Below, in pieces: positions 1 to 9,130 of a stretch of 64,000 bases of DNA. The DNA comes from Anaerolineae bacterium (GTDB lineage Bacteria; Chloroflexota; Anaerolineae; B4-G1; SLSP01): assembly GCA_035420085.1 (NCBI GenBank), contig DAOLUH010000022.1:7930-71929 (forward strand), written 5' to 3'. Position 1 is the first letter of the stretch, and every line of letters starts with the position of its first letter. The translations under genes and the position numbers were made by a program. The notes beneath the pieces were generated by a model. The model was not told where the DNA came from. It was given only the letters and a program-made list of their open reading frames with translations, and ran no database searches.

Positions 1-1860
1 CTCCAAGCCAGCCTGCGACGCCCCCGCCGCGGCGTGGAAGGTCGTGAGGGGCATCCAACCGTGGTAACTGGCGGCGCTCCCCATCTCGACGCCTTCTCCT
101 GTCATCTGCAGGGCTAACATATAATCGCCGGGCGGCAAACCGGGCAACAGCCACAAGCCGAGCCATTCGTCCCACTGATCCGGCAACGCCTCTTGCGCCG
201 GACGGTGCAGCGGGCCGAGGTTGACCTGCTGTTGCTGCCAGACATTGCCCCCCGCGTCCAACAAACCTAGCGTCAGGCCGATATAACGATCGAGCCGCTG
301 TCCTTCTAAAGCCAATCCCACCCGCACCACGTCGCCGATCTGCCCGGATTGCCGGTCAACCGCCGCGCGGCGCAGCGTCACACGCGGACCAAGCGCCACG
401 TCTGCCTGAACCTCCATCATACGCGCAACCGGCGGCAGGTAAAGCGCAAGTCCCGCGCGTTCGTAGACGAAATGAGTATGTTCCGCCAGCCACCGGCTCA
501 CGCTGTACTGCGGATCAGCCCAATGGATCGCGCCGTAGGAGACCCAGATGCGCGGATGGTCGCGGACGATCTGCTCCAGTTGGGGGATGTCGGTTTCTGC
601 CGCAAAGCCAGGCGGCGCAGCCGGCGGCACGGCGTACACGCGGATGAAGTCCGGCGGTGTATAGTAGTACAGCAGTAGGGCCGGCCACGGACCATTCATC
701 ACCAGCGCGTCCCCAGGCTGCGCCGCGTCACGCAATGTTTGCACGCGGGTAGAGAATGTGGTGTCGGGGTCGGCGTAGAGCAGCGGCGTGCGCCACAAGG
801 CGAAAGCCCACCAGCCACACGTGGCGAGTGCAAGCAGCCAGCGCCCGCGCAGGCGCGCCAACAACGCAGCCAGTCCCAATAGCAACGCGGGGAAAAGCGG
901 CGCGAGATAGCGCGTCTCCATGTTTTCGGGGATCAGCGACGCCAGCAGCAGCGGAACACTGCCCCAGGCGGCGAGCCACGCGCCGGTCAATGGTCGGCGA
1001 CGGATGGATAAGGCCCACCCAATCGCGCTCAACCCCAAACCCACCCAACCTGTCCACACCAGTTCCGGGCGATACCCCCACACGTAAAGGTCGGTGAACA
1101 GCGCGCCCCATTCCCGGAGGCGCACCGGCGAAGCCGGAAACCGCCGCGCAACTTCCAGCGCCATCTCACGGATCCCCGGCGACACGGCGATAAAGCCGCC
1201 CACCACCACGCCGATACCCGCCGCCGTCGCCAGCCACGGCTTGCGGATGGGACGGGTGGCGCGGGGCAAAAACAGCAGCAGGAGCGCCTGCACGGGCCAC
1301 AAAAGCGCCAGGTAGTAGTGCGTCATCGCGGCAACCAATGACAGCGCGACGAAGACAAACCAACGCCGTCCATTTGGACGTTCCAGCCAACGCAGCCAGC
1401 TTTCCATCACCAAAAGCGCGAGCCACAACACCAGGCTGTACATGCGCCCCGTCCGCCCGGCCCACAAGCCAAACGGCATGATCGCGCAGAGGATGGCGCT
1501 CCACGCCTTGCCGCGCGGCCCCAACCACCGCCCCACGCGGAAGCCCCACACGACCGTCAACACGCCGATCAGGACGGAGGGGTAGCGCAGGGCAAACTCA
1601 CTCGTCCCGGCCCAACGCATCCACAGGGACATCGCCAGGTAATAGGCCGGCGGGTGCTCGCGGGCAGCGCCCATCACGTAACGCACCATCGCGCCGATGG
1701 AACGGTGCGCCACGAAGAACGTCGCCACCTCGTCGAAGGTGAGGTCCGCCGTCCCCAACTGCCAAACCCGCAGCGCGAACGCCAACAGCAACAGCAGCGC
1801 CATCCCAAAAACGTACCGGAATGGGCGCGCCCGCGCTGCATCGTGTTTCGATGAGGTCAT
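1..1860 (-). CDS. GT-C fold membrane glycosyltransferase, family 39 / ArnT-PMT_2-like; 5' end complete, 3' end runs off the window start
   Basis: Not in the ORF track because there is no in-window stop. Hand scan: plus-strand frame 1 has no tta/cta/tca triplet from 1 to 1860. ATG at c(1858-1860). N-terminus MTSSKHDAARARPFRYVFGMALLLLLAFALRVWQLGTADLTFDEVATFFVAHRS (TM1 followed by a D-E loop typical of GT39/GT83). Many hydrophobic segments. Confidence 0.75.
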   Translation of the reverse strand, partial: MTSSKHDAARARPFRYVFGMALLLLLAFALRVWQLGTADLTFDEVATFFVAHRSIGAMVRYVMGAAREHPPAYYLAMSLWMRWAGTSEFALRYPSVLIGVLTVVWGFRVGRWLGPRGKAWSAILCAIMPFGLWAGRTGRMYSLVLWLALLVMESWLRWLERPNGRRWFVFVALSLVAAMTHYYLALLWPVQALLLLFLPRATRPIRKPWLATAAGIGVVVGGFIAVSPGIREMALEVARRFPASPVRLREWGALFTDLYVWGYRPELVWTGWVGLGLSAIGWALSIRRRPLTGAWLAAWGSVPLLLASLIPENMETRYLAPLFPALLLGLAALLARLRGRWLLALATCGWWAFALWRTPLLYADPDTTFSTRVQTLRDAAQPGDALVMNGPWPALLLYYYTPPDFIRVYAVPPAAPPGFAAETDIPQLEQIVRDHPRIWVSYGAIHWADPQYSVSRWLAEHTHFVYERAGLALYLPPVARMMEVQADVALGPRVTLRRAAVDRQSGQIGDVVRVGLALEGQRLDRYIGLTLGLLDAGGNVWQQQQVNLGPLHRPAQEALPDQWDEWLGLWLLPGLPPGDYMLALQMTGEGVEMGSAASYHGWMPLTTFHAAAGASQAGLE

Positions 1861-1996
1861 TGTAACCACTCCTTCATCCTCAATCACCTACCGCGCTTGC
1901 GTCGGATTGCGCCGGACCTCGTCAAACGCTTGCGTCGGATCATAATCCGACGCTCCGTAAAAACAAGCCCCGCGATCACCGCCAGGGCCATGCCCA

Positions 1997-4168
1997 TCAG
2001 CCCCAGGCCCCAGCGCAGGGATTGAGGGGAAAACCGCATTGCCACGCGATGCGCCCCAGCCGGGACGAGGACGCCGCGGAACAACCCATCGGTGGCGTAA
2101 AGCGGCGTGTCGCCGCGCCGTCCACCGTCGCGCGCCAGCCAGGATAGAGCAGATCGCTCAACACGAGCAGCGCCGGCGCGCTCGTCTCGACGTAGAAGGC
2201 GGCGCGATTCGGGCTGTACGCCAGGACTTCGATCCGACCGGTTCCCGGCGTTTCGAGCGCCGGCCCGTCGAGCACAGTCGCGGTCACGGCTGGCGCGAAG
2301 TCGGCGGCGAAGACGCGCGCATAAGCCGCTTCGAGCGTGTCCACCGGCAGCGTGTGATAAACCAGCCAGACGCGCTGCAAGGCGTTGGTGTTCAGGTGAA
2401 TGTCAACCAGCGCGTCGTCGAAGAACACGGGCCATATCCCGTCGCCGCCGGGCAGCGCGCCTTTGGGGACGACGATGTACTTCGCGCCGAGCAGGTGATA
2501 GGCCGGCATCCCCTTGTGCGGAATCCCCCAGTAGAACTGATTGTACGTCACGATCTCCATCGGGTTGCCAGTCCCCTGCGGGACGGCGAACCCCGCCGCC
2601 ATCACCGCCGCCGGCGACCACAACCCGCGCGCCGCGCCGTCCACGTCCACGCGGAACCAGCCTTCGTCCGCCTGCAAATAGGCAATCGCCGCGCGGTGCG
2701 GATCGTTTTCCGCGTTCGAGGCCGGTTCCACGTCGGCAAAAGCGCCGGTGACGACTAACTCGGTCAACACGAGCACGATCAGCCCGGCGCGGCAAAAACG
2801 ACGTCGCAAGCCCAAACCGAGCAGCGCGGCGAACGCAAGCGCCGCCGCCGCCAGGTATAATCCCAACAGCGCGCGAGAAACGGCGGCAACATTCGGCGCG
2901 AGCGACGCCCACGCCGGCGCGCGCACGGCGATCCACGCGGCGGCGACTACCATTCCGGCGCTCCACACAGGATACGACTGGCGCAAAAGCCGTTCCGTCC
3001 CTTCCGCCGCCGCCAGCGCCAGGACGAACGAGAGCACGTAAATGGCGCGGCCCGTCTTCCACGTCGCGTCGAACAGCGGCAGCGACGACAGCAGTGGGTA
3101 AAGCGGGCCTTGCGTCCCCAACGCCAGGAGCACAGCCAGCGCACCCACGATCCACAAGAACGCCGTGCGCCCACGCGGACGCGCGATCAGCCCCAACAAC
3201 GCCAATCCCAGGGCGACGGCGCCGACGGAGCCGGTTTCCACGCGGTTCCACGGCCCCCAGAACGTCACGCGGTTGCGCCCGTGGAAGAGCGGCGTGATGA
3301 AGTCCCGCCACATCCCCAGGTGGAACTCGTATTCGCCGAGGTTCGCGGGGACGTTGGCGCGCTCGGTGTAGGGCAGGCGCTCGAATCCCGGCAGCATGGT
3401 TGGCATCACCAGAGCCACGGCGAGTAATCCCACCAACGCTAACCGCCCGACGCGGCGCGGCACGCGCTGCATCCCGCCAGCACAGGCCTGCCACAGGGCA
3501 TATCCGCCGATGGTCAACGCGCCGTAGAGCGTCGCCTGCCCGTGTCCCGAAAGCGCCAGGCACGCCAGCGTCAACGCCGCGAGCGGGATGGCGCGCCGGC
3601 GTCGCATGGCGCCATCCACCGCCCACAGCGTCCACGGAAGCCAGGCCAGCGCGTCGTTGAACTGCGGGTGGCCCAGGTGCGCCACAAACGGATCGGCGAA
3701 CATGTAGGCGAGCGCGCCGATAAGCGCCGCGGTCTCACGCAGTTTCCACACCGGGGAATAGCGGAGATAACAGTACATCCCCACACCGGCCAACCACAGC
3801 GTCGCCATTCCCCGCAACGCGACGGCCCACGCCGGAACAGGACTCAGCAGGAACAGCGGCCAGTTGAGCGGGTTAAAAATCCCATACTGTCCCTCGGCGA
3901 CGATGGGATCGCCCGCCGACATCCCCGTGTGCCACAGCGGGACGACGCCGCGCCGCAGCCATTCCGCCACGTAGGACCAGACAGGATGGAGCTGCCCCCA
4001 CAAGTCGCCGCCGCCGATGGGGAAGCGATACCCGGCTATCCACACCGGCCAGAAGAAGAGCAGCGTCGCGCCCGCCAGAAAAACCAGAATCCTCACCCAG
4101 CGCCGTACTTTCGCCGTAGTTGTCTCCTCAAGAATCAGTTTCGGATTGCAAGTTAAAAAGTCTATCAT
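1997..4168 (-). CDS. YfhO-family polytopic membrane protein (GT-C-like). The 3' end is apparently frameshifted; the expected C-terminus continues in ORF 1884..2084.
   Basis: 723-aa ORF. N-terminus WPVWIAGYRFPIGGGDLWGQLHPVWSY..GQYGIFNPLNW is YfhO-like and there are many TM segments. It ends LLYPGWRATVDGAATRR, then a non-homologous tail. The adjacent frame encodes TPLYATDGLFRGVLVPAGAHRVAMRFSPQS plus a final TM helix. Confidence 0.75.
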   Translation of the reverse strand: MIDFLTCNPKLILEETTTAKVRRWVRILVFLAGATLLFFWPVWIAGYRFPIGGGDLWGQLHPVWSYVAEWLRRGVVPLWHTGMSAGDPIVAEGQYGIFNPLNWPLFLLSPVPAWAVALRGMATLWLAGVGMYCYLRYSPVWKLRETAALIGALAYMFADPFVAHLGHPQFNDALAWLPWTLWAVDGAMRRRRAIPLAALTLACLALSGHGQATLYGALTIGGYALWQACAGGMQRVPRRVGRLALVGLLAVALVMPTMLPGFERLPYTERANVPANLGEYEFHLGMWRDFITPLFHGRNRVTFWGPWNRVETGSVGAVALGLALLGLIARPRGRTAFLWIVGALAVLLALGTQGPLYPLLSSLPLFDATWKTGRAIYVLSFVLALAAAEGTERLLRQSYPVWSAGMVVAAAWIAVRAPAWASLAPNVAAVSRALLGLYLAAAALAFAALLGLGLRRRFCRAGLIVLVLTELVVTGAFADVEPASNAENDPHRAAIAYLQADEGWFRVDVDGAARGLWSPAAVMAAGFAVPQGTGNPMEIVTYNQFYWGIPHKGMPAYHLLGAKYIVVPKGALPGGDGIWPVFFDDALVDIHLNTNALQRVWLVYHTLPVDTLEAAYARVFAADFAPAVTATVLDGPALETPGTGRIEVLAYSPNRAAFYVETSAPALLVLSDLLYPGWRATVDGAATRRFTPPMGCSAASSSRLGRIAWQCGFPLNPCAGAWG

Positions 4169-4201
4169 ACTTCATCTTCAAGTCAACAGATTTTCGACTT
4201 G

Positions 4202-4210
4202 TGGTATAAT
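4202..4210 (+). promoter_or_regulatory. Candidate extended -10 promoter element (TGGTATAAT) upstream of mtlD
   Basis: TGnTATAAT match 26 nt upstream of the ATG at 4236, in the divergent intergenic region. No clear -35. Confidence 0.35.
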
Positions 4211-4235
4211 GACGATCGAGCGACAAGGTTAGCCT

Positions 4236-5408
4236 ATGACAAAATCAGTGATTATGTTTGGCGCGGGATGCGTGGGACGCGGCTTCTTGGGGCAGCTTCT
4301 CACTGAATCCGGTTATGCGCTGACCTTCGTGGAGATTGACGATCCACTGATCGAGGCGCTCAATGCGCGCCGGGCGTACACGCTGCGGTTGGTAGATAAC
4401 GACTGGAGCCAGGATATTGTCATTCCAGTGACGCGAACGCTGTACTCGCAGGCGGATGCGCCGCTACTGACGGCGCTGGTCGAGACATCGCTCGTCACCA
4501 CGGCGGTCGGCGTCCGCTCGCTGCCCGACATTGCGCCGATCATCGCCGCTGGCATCGTCCGCCGCGCCGAGCGCAACATAGCAGCGCCGCTCAACGTGCT
4601 GATCTGCGAAAATATGCAGGACGCCTCCGCCACATTCCGGGCGATGGTGATACAGCACGTCCCCATCACGCACCACGCCTACGCCGATGCGCACGTCGGG
4701 TTTGTGGATGTCGTCATCGGGCGCACCATTCCCAAGCCGACGCCGGCGATGCGCGCCGCGGATTGCAGTTTGATCGTCGCCGATGCGTACAAAAAGCTGC
4801 CGGTGAACCGACCGCGCTTCGTCGGCCCGCTGCCGGAAATCGTAGGGCTGATCCCTACCGACAACTTCACCGCATATATCGAGCGCAAGCTGTATTTGCA
4901 CAACTGCGGGCACGCCGTGCTCGGCTATCTGGGCTACCTGCGTGGGCATCGCCTGAGCGTCGAGGCACTCGCCGATCCAGTCATTAACGGTGTGTTGACG
5001 CGCGCTTTCGGCGAGGTGCGGGCCGGCTTCCTGGGCGTGTATGGGATGGATGCCGCTGAATTGGATGAGTACATCGCAGAGCTGCTCAAGGGTTTTGCCA
5101 ACCGCGCCCTGGCGGATACCGTCGTCCGTCTGGCGCGCGATCCACTGCGTAAACTCGGCCCGCAAGATCGGCTGGTAGGGGCGGCGCGGCTGGCCGAAAA
5201 GGCCGGCGTGACGCCAGAGGCGCTCAGCCTCGTCATCGCCGCCGCGTACCGATTTGACGCCGCCGATGATCCGTTGGCTGTCGAGCTGCAACGGCGTATC
5301 GCGGTCGAAGGGTTAGCGGCGGTGATGGCGGATGTCAGCGGTATCCGGCCCAATGAGCTGCTCGGAGAGCTTGTGCAGCGACAATATACAATCCTAAAAG
5401 CAAACTAG
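4236..5408 (+). CDS. mtlD: Mannitol-1-phosphate 5-dehydrogenase
   Basis: 390 aa. MFGAGCVGRGFLGQLL Rossmann start. ICENM, HVGFVD, ERKLYLHNCGHAVLGYLG and RDPLRKLGPQDRL align along the length of E. coli MtlD as I remember it. Confidence 0.85.
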   Translation: MTKSVIMFGAGCVGRGFLGQLLTESGYALTFVEIDDPLIEALNARRAYTLRLVDNDWSQDIVIPVTRTLYSQADAPLLTALVETSLVTTAVGVRSLPDIAPIIAAGIVRRAERNIAAPLNVLICENMQDASATFRAMVIQHVPITHHAYADAHVGFVDVVIGRTIPKPTPAMRAADCSLIVADAYKKLPVNRPRFVGPLPEIVGLIPTDNFTAYIERKLYLHNCGHAVLGYLGYLRGHRLSVEALADPVINGVLTRAFGEVRAGFLGVYGMDAAELDEYIAELLKGFANRALADTVVRLARDPLRKLGPQDRLVGAARLAEKAGVTPEALSLVIAAAYRFDAADDPLAVELQRRIAVEGLAAVMADVSGIRPNELLGELVQRQYTILKAN

Positions 5409-5428
5409 TTCTAGCAAGGAGAATTTCT

Positions 5429-6532
5429 ATGAAACGGATTGTTCACATCCTTATGGCCGTGGTCCTCATGGTCACATTGGCGGTCAGTGTCGGCGCACGC
5501 ACGCAGAGCAGACCGGCTATAGCCGCTTCCGTCCCGCCAGCCCCCCAGGTCGAGAGCACAGCGACCAACCTGCTCATTAACGGCGACATGGAAATGCTGC
5601 CTTATGAGTGGTTTTACCCCAATCATTATGTTGCCCCGTACTGGAAGCGGATGTGGTATTATTATTCTGTGATCCCTGAATATGACGAGACACGCGGGGT
5701 ACGAGAGAGTTACTACTATGAGGGGGTCAATGCGCAGGTGTACTTCAAATGGGGACCGGCTTATCAGGCTGGCATGTATCAGATCGTGACAGGGCTAACC
5801 CAATGTACACCCTATGAGTTATCTGCCTATGCACGCAATCACTCAGTCATTGGCGCAGTAGCGCACGCGCGCGTCGCCCTTGATCCCGAAGGCACAAAGC
5901 TGACGCCCGATAACGACGGGGGTTTCTTTTACTTTCCACCCTATATAGCCTGGTCTGCCGAGCAGACGCAGCTCTTCGTATGGGAACGGCTGGCCGTGCA
6001 GACCGAACCCCTGGGCGACAAAATGACAGCCATCCTGTATGCAGCGCCGCAACCAGGAAGCAGCCAGGTACACTATTACGACTCGTATTGGGATGCTGCT
6101 GTTCTAACGCCGGTTTCGTTCCCCAACAACCGCCTACCGGCGCCAGGTTCCTGGAATCCATCAGGCTTCATCTACGATGTCCAGACGACGAAAGGCAGTG
6201 GTACGTTGACGGTCAATTGGAAGACCCAGGGGACAGCATCAACGCAAGTGCGATACGAGATCGTGCCCTATCAAGCGCCCATCTCGTCAACAATTTGGAT
6301 CTCACTCACCCATCACGCTTACTTGCCGTTTGTAGCCAAAGGGGTAAATCCGAACAACCTCACAAAGTACACAACGCTGAATACGACCCCGGTGACAGAC
6401 CATAGTGTCGTTATCACGGGTATACAAGCCGGCGATACGGTGTTGCTCGTGCCGTTGTCTCGCCGTCCCATAGATGGCGTCTGCACAACAGAAACTGCCG
6501 CACCAGTGGTTGTGAAGTTCGATATGCCGTGA
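5429..6532 (+). CDS. Secreted hypothetical protein (CBM-like N-domain, Fn3-like C-domain)
   Basis: AAGGAG RBS and a signal peptide (MKRIVHILMAVVLMVTLAVSVGA). NLLINGDMEM is a CBM4/9-style start. TLTVNWKTQGTASTQVRYE is Fn3-like. Stop TGA overlaps the GTG start of the next gene (GTGA, 6529-6532). Confidence 0.6.
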   Translation: MKRIVHILMAVVLMVTLAVSVGARTQSRPAIAASVPPAPQVESTATNLLINGDMEMLPYEWFYPNHYVAPYWKRMWYYYSVIPEYDETRGVRESYYYEGVNAQVYFKWGPAYQAGMYQIVTGLTQCTPYELSAYARNHSVIGAVAHARVALDPEGTKLTPDNDGGFFYFPPYIAWSAEQTQLFVWERLAVQTEPLGDKMTAILYAAPQPGSSQVHYYDSYWDAAVLTPVSFPNNRLPAPGSWNPSGFIYDVQTTKGSGTLTVNWKTQGTASTQVRYEIVPYQAPISSTIWISLTHHAYLPFVAKGVNPNNLTKYTTLNTTPVTDHSVVITGIQAGDTVLLVPLSRRPIDGVCTTETAAPVVVKFDMP

Positions 6533-9090
6533 GCGCCCCAAAAACTCGCCTCGTCACTCTGGGTTTGCTGCTCATTTTTTTCGCGCAGCTCCTTCAGGCG
6601 GCCAGGTCACTCTCAACGACGGTTGACGAGGGATTTCACATCACTAGCGGCTACGAGTATTTGAGGACGGGGAGGGTGCAACTCTTTGACGAGCATCCTC
6701 CCCTGGCAAAGGCACTGTTTGCGTGGCCACTCAAGTTCGTCCCCGACCTGCCCCCACCGGAAGAGACGCCAGGATACACGGAAGGCGACCTCATCACGGT
6801 TGCCCAGGCGACCGTGTTGGCGTACCAACCCATTGATCGGCTGGTGGTTGCGTGCCGAATTCCTGTGGCGCTACTGTGTGTACTCCTCGCCTGTAGTGTC
6901 TATCGGTGGACAGTTTCGATAAGCGGCAAAGCCGGTGCGCTACTGGCTCTGGCGTTTTTCACGTTTGATCCCAACGTCCTTGCCCACGGTAGCCTGGCAA
7001 CCACCGATTTGGGCAGCACAGCTTTCATCTTCTGGACGTTGTTCGCACTCTATATTTATCTGCAAGCGCCAGGCAAAGTACGCTGGTGGCTTGTCGCTGT
7101 GATGCTTGGGCTTGCGCAGCTAACCAAGCTCACCGCAATCATGCTTTTTCCCGTCGGCGGCATTGTCATTGTGCTCTATGCCGTGCTTCACGCGCCCGAT
7201 CATCGAGGGCGCGCTCTGTTGCGCGCGGTGATTTCTTATGCAGGTATGATCGGCATTGCGGCAGTGGTTGTGTGGGCAGGGTATGGCTTTGAGATACGGC
7301 CAATATCCACCATCGCCAACGGAACGCTGCCCTTGCCTGCCGCCAGCCATATCGAACGCTGGGAACGCCTGCGCGCCAATCTTGCGTATGGGCGGGAAAG
7401 CTATCTCCTCGGACAAAACCGAATGTACGGGTGGTGGCAGTATTTTCCCATCGCCTTCCTTATCAAGACCCCACTTCCAACGCTGATTTTGGCAGTTTGG
7501 GCAATTCTGCGTTTCACGTTGAAACGTTGGAACGTTGGAACGTTAAAACGTCTCACGTCTCATGCCTCACGGATCACAAGTCACACTTTATATCAGATTA
7601 TGAATATGGTTTGTCTGCTCCTCTTTCCACTCCTCTACGCCGCTTCCAGCCTGACGAGTACGATCAACATCGGCTATCGCCATCTGCTGCCGATTTTGCC
7701 GTTTCTCTACGTGGGAGTAGGGAGTAGGGAGTATGGAGTACGGAGTAAGAAGTGCAAGTTGCGAGTGACGAGTGACGAGTTAGGAATCAAGAATCAAGAA
7801 TTACCAATCCTCAATCCTCAGTCCCCCCTTACTCCTTACTCCCTACGCCTTACTCCTTACTTCTTACTTCTCGCCTGGCTCGTGGTTGGCACGCTCACAC
7901 TCAGCCCCAACTATCTCACATTTTTCAATGAAATCGCAGGCGGGCCGCAGAACGGTTGGCGTTTTCTGGCGGACTCCAACACGGATTGGGGACAGACGCT
8001 AAAGGCATTAGCCGCGTATCAACAGAAAAATGAGACAGGGCCAGTCCAGTTATCGCTCTTCACCTTTCTTGATCCGGCGACTTACGGGGTGGATTATGTT
8101 CCCATCGCGCCGATGACCGGGGTGGAGGTCATCCTGCCACAGCGTTTCAACCCGAAGCCAGGTCTTTACGCCATCAGTGCGACGACATTAGATGGGGTGC
8201 CGTTAGTCAATCCCGAAATGTACGATTGGTTCCGCTGGAATATACCCGACACACGAATCGCCAACGCACTTCACTACTACCACGTCACCACCGACGAGGT
8301 TGCCATCACCTGGATTGCGCAGTGCCAAACACCGGTCGCTCCGCTGAACGATGCTGCCATTGCCGAGGGGTTTGGCATCACAGCAGTACGGCGCGTGGAT
8401 TTCGACTGTACGAAAAGCTGGATCATCCCCAGCAATAATGCCATAACCGGTAGATACATTCTTCACGGTGCGCTACTGCAGGACACACTCAAATCGCGGT
8501 TGCATTATGCCGCTCCACCTGCTATAGACCCGTTTGTCGCCCGACGCCTCACAGCACTGACCATTGTTTATCGCCAGCGTATGTACCGCACCGAGCCAGC
8601 GTTCGCTATTTACGCACCTGCCGCCGACACTGTCATACCGTCATCCAACGCCTGGATTGCGCGCGCCGATACGCTATCCACAATGCTCACGACACGAGCA
8701 CCCATCGCTCACCCCATCACATTGGATGGCCCGCTGACCTTTTTAGGGGCAGCGGCTTATCAACAGCAAAACGTCCTCGATGTCGAAACATGGTGGATCG
8801 TGACCGATGTGCCGCCAACGCGCCCCCTGTCCATTATGGGGCATTTGCTCAATAAAGCGGGGGAAATCAAAGGCATTGCCGATGGACTGGGTATTCCGGC
8901 ACTTGCCTGGCAAACAGGCGATGTTCTTGTACAACGCCATGTGTTCCCGCTGGCCGCAGGCGAAACACACGCCAGTTACTTACTGCGCACCGGCGTGTAT
9001 TGGGCGGATGATGGAACACGGTGGCGCATCACAACTGACATGGAGGCAGATGCAATCTTTGTCGCAGTGATACCTACAATCACGCCATAA
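6529..9090 (+). CDS. GT39 / ArnT-PMT_2-like membrane glycosyltransferase with C-terminal beta-sandwich module; carries two in-frame repeat-array insertions
   Basis: 853 aa. TTVDEGFHITSGYEYL..FDEHPPLAKALFAWPL (GT-C D-E loop). DSNTDWGQ. Multiple TM helices. Residues encoded by 7516-7586 and 7713-7873 are low complexity. Confidence 0.8.
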   Translation: MSAPKTRLVTLGLLLIFFAQLLQAARSLSTTVDEGFHITSGYEYLRTGRVQLFDEHPPLAKALFAWPLKFVPDLPPPEETPGYTEGDLITVAQATVLAYQPIDRLVVACRIPVALLCVLLACSVYRWTVSISGKAGALLALAFFTFDPNVLAHGSLATTDLGSTAFIFWTLFALYIYLQAPGKVRWWLVAVMLGLAQLTKLTAIMLFPVGGIVIVLYAVLHAPDHRGRALLRAVISYAGMIGIAAVVVWAGYGFEIRPISTIANGTLPLPAASHIERWERLRANLAYGRESYLLGQNRMYGWWQYFPIAFLIKTPLPTLILAVWAILRFTLKRWNVGTLKRLTSHASRITSHTLYQIMNMVCLLLFPLLYAASSLTSTINIGYRHLLPILPFLYVGVGSREYGVRSKKCKLRVTSDELGIKNQELPILNPQSPLTPYSLRLTPYFLLLAWLVVGTLTLSPNYLTFFNEIAGGPQNGWRFLADSNTDWGQTLKALAAYQQKNETGPVQLSLFTFLDPATYGVDYVPIAPMTGVEVILPQRFNPKPGLYAISATTLDGVPLVNPEMYDWFRWNIPDTRIANALHYYHVTTDEVAITWIAQCQTPVAPLNDAAIAEGFGITAVRRVDFDCTKSWIIPSNNAITGRYILHGALLQDTLKSRLHYAAPPAIDPFVARRLTALTIVYRQRMYRTEPAFAIYAPAADTVIPSSNAWIARADTLSTMLTTRAPIAHPITLDGPLTFLGAAAYQQQNVLDVETWWIVTDVPPTRPLSIMGHLLNKAGEIKGIADGLGIPALAWQTGDVLVQRHVFPLAAGETHASYLLRTGVYWADDGTRWRITTDMEADAIFVAVIPTITP
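7516..7586. repeat. Phased tandem array: ACGTTGAA/ACGTTGGA/ACGTTGGA/ACGTTAAA (8-mers), then ACGTCTC x2, ATGCCTC, ACGGATC, ACAAGTC (7-mers); lies inside the GT39 CDS
   Basis: Read directly from the sequence. The same ACGTTGGAACGTT core occurs at 29555 and 47091. Confidence 0.85.
7713..7873. repeat. 23 consecutive phased heptamers in five sub-families (GGGAGTA, CGAGTGA, AGAATCA, TCAATCC, CTCCTTA); the outer blocks are reverse complements; lies inside the GT39 CDS
   Basis: Read directly. GGAGTA units (7713-7747) are the reverse complement of the TACTCC-containing units (7825-7866). Confidence 0.85.
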
Positions 9091-9130
9091 TGCTCGTGAT
9101 CCCAAAAAAAATCGCCCCAAGGAGAGAAGA

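Noticed and set aside
349-1549. Several 66-127-aa ORFs listed in the first 1.9 kb
   Set aside because: All are overlapped by the uninterrupted 620-codon minus-strand GT39 frame, which the track omits because its stop lies outside the window.
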